From Promethearchaeota archaeon (GTDB lineage Archaea > Asgardarchaeota > Lokiarchaeia > Sigyniarchaeales > SOKP01), in assembly GCA_018238625.1 (NCBI GenBank), contig JABCSY010000053.1, positions 1 through 27,654 of the forward strand: a stretch of 27,654 nt of DNA, given 5' to 3'. Positions 25,501 through 27,654 of this stretch are shown here, one piece after another. How positions within the stretch are numbered: the first letter of the stretch is position 1; the number at the start of each line of letters is the position of its first letter. Position numbers and translations under genes: made by a program. Under the pieces are notes generated by a model. It saw nothing but the letters and a program-made list of their open reading frames with translations, made no database searches and had not been told where the DNA came from.

Positions 25501-27654
25501 CTTTAATTACGATTATCTCGACTCTATTAATATTTATAGCGGGTATACTTGTGGATTAAATTTAGGTGAAGACACTAGATTTTTTAATTCGTATCAAGAC
25601 TTGGATACAAGTACCGATAATTTCTCGTTATATTTTTACGCAATGACTAATGATTTTGCTCCAGAATTATCTTTAGAATCTGTCATACCGACAAGTGGAT
25701 ACCAAAATACTCTGTTCAATTTCAATGTTACTTATACCGACCAAGACAACAACCCACCGGTTCAAATGGATGTTATTATTAATGGGACAACTTACCCTAT
25801 GGAAAAGGAAAACCCATCTGATGATAATTACACAAATGGTTGTCTATACCAATATTTGACTTACTTACAACCAGCAACTCATAATTATACTTATTACTTT
25901 AATTGCTACGATGGAATATTTACAAATACAACCGCTATTTATTCTAATATAAAAGTAGAAGGATCGAATAGCTTTAGCCCTAGTTTGTCAAATGAACAGG
26001 TCGTTCCAAATCCAGGCTATAGACAAACAACAATTTTCTCATTTATGGTTACTTATACTGATCCTGATAATAATGCACCTGAGTCTATAGAAATTACTAT
26101 TAATTCAACGACATCTACTATGTTAAAGCAAGATTATATGGACTCTAATTTCATGGATGGATGTGTGTATATATATAATACACCATTAAATGATACGGGT
26201 ATCTATTCGTATAATTTTAGTTGTTCAGACGGGATTTTTACAGCCAGCGCTGGACCTTTTGTGGGACCAATAGTAGAAAAAGGTCCTTTATTTGATGGTA
26301 TGTATATAGATCATACATTCAATCTTATGGGTTCAAATACAGGTCCTTCTCAATTCGCCTATTCTTATCTTTCAGGTGAGTACTATCGTGCTGAATGGGA
26401 TTTAAGTATATCGGGCTATAATTATTACTCTTATTGGGATGTAGATCCTCAGACAAGAATTATGTCTAATATGGGTGGATATACTCTTTTATATGAAGGA
26501 CATCATACTCCAGCATGGATAGTTAGAGATTTATCTTTAGGTGATACCGTTCCAATTGCTGTTATTGGAGGAGAGGAGCATATCTTCAACATCACAAGTG
26601 AATTTATTTATGATCTACCTGGTTTTGGACTAATAGATGTTTGGGAGCTAGAAGATTTAACTCTTCCTGGGGGAGTTGCTTGGTACGAGAAAAGTACTGG
26701 AATTCTCTTGAGTGGAACATTTTACTATGCTGGAGGAGCGTATTGGTATACTTTTGATTTCGTAGATACTAATGTAGAATTTACTTATATTACGTTCGAT
26801 CATGAATTAAAAGTTTCCTTAGAAGTTCCAACTAATCCAAAAATTAATCAGACTTACATCATTAATGCAACAGTCACCAATAATGGTAAAAATGATGAAA
26901 CTAATGTTGATCTGTTTTTATATCTTGATGACATACTTGTAGATTCAATTACTATTTCAAGTTTAACTGTTGGTGCGAGTGAAACAATTAATTATACGTG
27001 GACTCCAACCGAATATGAAACCTACAATTTCACTGCTTATGCTCCACCTGTCTTTGATGAAGGTTTCATAAATAATAATATCGTAACTGAGTTAATACCA
27101 ATTGTGGATTCTAAATTATTCGAAGGTATGTATATTGAGCATATTTACACTGAATCTGGTAGTAGTCACTCTTCAAAGTTTTCATATTCTTATTATTCAG
27201 GTAGTCTATTTTTTGAAACTTGGGATGTTATGGGATTTTCTTTTGGATGGTATGTTGATTCTCAGACAAGAATTGTTTCAGGTGGGTCCGTTTTTGGCGA
27301 TGGCACTCATACTCCGGCATGGATTTTTATCGATGTATCTTTAGGAGACGAAATTTTAATTGCTGTTGATGGTGAAGGTGATCATCTTTTCAGCGTAGCA
27401 GGCGAATTAATCTATGATCTACCCGGTTTTGGACTGGTAGATGTGTGGGTTTTAGAAGATTTAACTCTTCCTGGTGGAGTTGCTTTGTACGAGAAAAGTA
27501 CTGGAATTCTCTTGAGTGGAACATTTTACTATGCTGGAGGATCGTATTGGTATACGTTTGATTTCGTAGATACTAATGTAGATTTTACTTATATTACCTT
27601 CAATCATGAATTAAGAGTTTCCTTAGAAATTCCATCCCTTCCAGAAATTGATCA
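22508..27654 (+). CDS. Large secreted peptidase C25 (gingipain-like) with propeptide and multiple C-terminal repeat domains (>1715 aa, truncated by window edge)
   Basis: Manual translation from ATG 22508; frame checked at several points and no stop seen. Signal-like N-terminus; propeptide GSPSLPFKIVKMLLPYG; C25 motifs YDYVIIT, IRNFIIDAY, YVLLGGD, SDLYYA, VYVGRAP, INHLGHC (His codon 24023), SQGCYNGAFD (Cys codon 24113), NLFGDP. Followed by Ig-like, NIDO-like and CARDB-like modules. Confidence 0.9.
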   Translation, partial: MNHFNLKKKEKCIIISLLYFCSIFSNVFINNGTSDLFLATQENVFGNNDDLIELKVTISDILIEDKESPTGECFQRLSIDGGGNLDQTGSPSLPFKIVKMLLPYGKDMADIEIITGETHILEGSYKIEPAQEQVHISSNEVTEFKLDNSIYNSISPFPNKQYSIVGVYELRGYRILVLNLYPVSYIPKTGKVSYFKDIMVRVSLTNRPNTNSLFRDLKVDEKRVVNTVDNPELVDVYRGKNTQLISLGASLDLPPASYDYVIITNEALNNSNGAYTFQDLRNSKNAAGIQTTVVTIEYIYANYLGADNSEKIRNFIIDAYQTWGVEYVLLGGDGDEVNIGGESGDSIIPSRGFYATAYGEVEFNVTSDLYYAGLDGNWNTDGDNMWAEPGEDDLYAEVYVGRAPVDSEDELSNFVYKTLAHETDTHPYLSDVLMVGEDLHWYVWGGDYKDEVKDGSDAQGYTTEGFPLGYFVDTLYDRELDPARWDKNDLIPLINDGIHIINHLGHCNVEYSMKMENYDADALTNDHFFFGYSQGCYNGAFDNKGPWGEIHENDSIVEHFVTTPHGAFAFIANSRFGWGDPYGTNGASQYYDRQFFDAIFSEGIEEIGKANQDSKEDNIGFLSQEAMRWVYYQLNLFGDPTATIPPQPNDFTPSLTDGSLSPTSGNQTTLFTYNVTYTDADNNPPIYINVLINETSYPMEKHDIMDEDYTDGCIYQYLTYLQPGNYNYSFECKDYKFSNNTGVTNGPSVSETPNVDSPILSNGQVSPSTGIKHWDTFRFSVVYSDADNNLPEYVNIILNSKTYTMVQLDYLDSNYMDGCVYTFSTTIHQDGNQNYSFECSDGDFTHTIGPFSGPSVYEILNYTMVPDYEYNWIDASGGTELLLNDDGYSTQSLPFDFQFYNRTFSTIYLSANGYLSFTDSTPSGCSPIPLPSADSRYSYFLAPFMADLYTEYAGGNGTIYVQSFGNYWVAEWQNIAYLGGGQIAGSFEVILYDTGEIIFNYDYLDSINIYSGYTCGLNLGEDTRFFNSYQDLDTSTDNFSLYFYAMTNDFAPELSLESVIPTSGYQNTLFNFNVTYTDQDNNPPVQMDVIINGTTYPMEKENPSDDNYTNGCLYQYLTYLQPATHNYTYYFNCYDGIFTNTTAIYSNIKVEGSNSFSPSLSNEQVVPNPGYRQTTIFSFMVTYTDPDNNAPESIEITINSTTSTMLKQDYMDSNFMDGCVYIYNTPLNDTGIYSYNFSCSDGIFTASAGPFVGPIVEKGPLFDGMYIDHTFNLMGSNTGPSQFAYSYLSGEYYRAEWDLSISGYNYYSYWDVDPQTRIMSNMGGYTLLYEGHHTPAWIVRDLSLGDTVPIAVIGGEEHIFNITSEFIYDLPGFGLIDVWELEDLTLPGGVAWYEKSTGILLSGTFYYAGGAYWYTFDFVDTNVEFTYITFDHELKVSLEVPTNPKINQTYIINATVTNNGKNDETNVDLFLYLDDILVDSITISSLTVGASETINYTWTPTEYETYNFTAYAPPVFDEGFINNNIVTELIPIVDSKLFEGMYIEHIYTESGSSHSSKFSYSYYSGSLFFETWDVMGFSFGWYVDSQTRIVSGGSVFGDGTHTPAWIFIDVSLGDEILIAVDGEGDHLFSVAGELIYDLPGFGLVDVWVLEDLTLPGGVALYEKSTGILLSGTFYYAGGSYWYTFDFVDTNVDFTYITFNHELRVSLEIPSLPEID
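24450..26280 (+). repeat. Four VTY(T/S)DxDNNxP Ig-like repeats arranged (A,B)-NIDO-like-(A',B')
   Basis: Motif near 24530, 24850, 25727 and 26048. A/A' share YPMEK...YT.GC.YQYLTYLQP; B/B' share DY.DSN.MDGCVY. Boundaries approximate. Confidence 0.8.
26283..27654 (+). repeat. ~804-bp-period intragenic repeat (novel beta-rich domain + CARDB-like domain), second copy truncated
   Basis: LF(D/E)GMYI.H...HTPAWI...YEKSTGILLSGTFYYAGG occurs twice; a 55-nt exact match at 26683-26737 and 27487-27541. Confidence 0.9.

Noticed and set aside
23742-27344. ORFs 23742-23957 (-), 23984-24289 (-) and 27102-27344 (+)
   Set aside because: All lie inside the continuous C25 protease frame starting at 22508.
26610-27633. 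Near-identical repeat pair as a possible diversity-generating retroelement TR/VR
   Set aside because: Mismatches are not adenine-specific, both copies are in-frame domains of one gene, and there is no reverse transcriptase in the window.
1-27654. CRISPR array, rRNA or tRNA genes
   Set aside because: No short regularly spaced repeats or structured-RNA signatures seen; nearly all sequence is explained by protein-coding genes.

Overview
AT-rich archaeal DNA, most likely Asgard (Lokiarchaeia/Promethearchaeota). This is an inference from a Loki-type histone, roadblock-Rab-like GTPase fusions, a RING-H2 protein and Loki-CTERM-like surface proteins. Left to right: (1) a >886-aa secreted protein with prenyltransferase/squalene-cyclase-like helical repeats, running off the left edge and absent from the ORF track; (2) a complete ISH3/IS4-like insertion sequence (2866-4398, 17-bp TIRs, possible 8-bp TSD); (3) a small hypothetical gene; (4) five tandem RimJ/RimL/SpeG-type GNAT acetyltransferases (one doubly frameshifted, one apparently starting at ATA) directly downstream of an archaeal histone; (5) leuB; (6) two paralogous roadblock + Rab-like GTPase + degenerate-GTPase proteins, divergent from a RING-H2/TPR putative E3 ligase; (7) thiDN; (8) two paralogous SPNGGE-repeat surface proteins with a shared upstream element, followed by a multi-wHTH regulator; (9) thiC, a small hypothetical and a Nudix hydrolase; (10) a >1715-aa gingipain-like (peptidase C25) protease with modular repeats, running off the right edge and also absent from the ORF track. 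Best candidates for an undescribed system are the roadblock-GTPase-pseudoGTPase pair with its RING-TPR neighbour, the histone/GNAT array, and the surface-receptor/wHTH cassette. All family calls come from motif recognition by eye; no searches were run.
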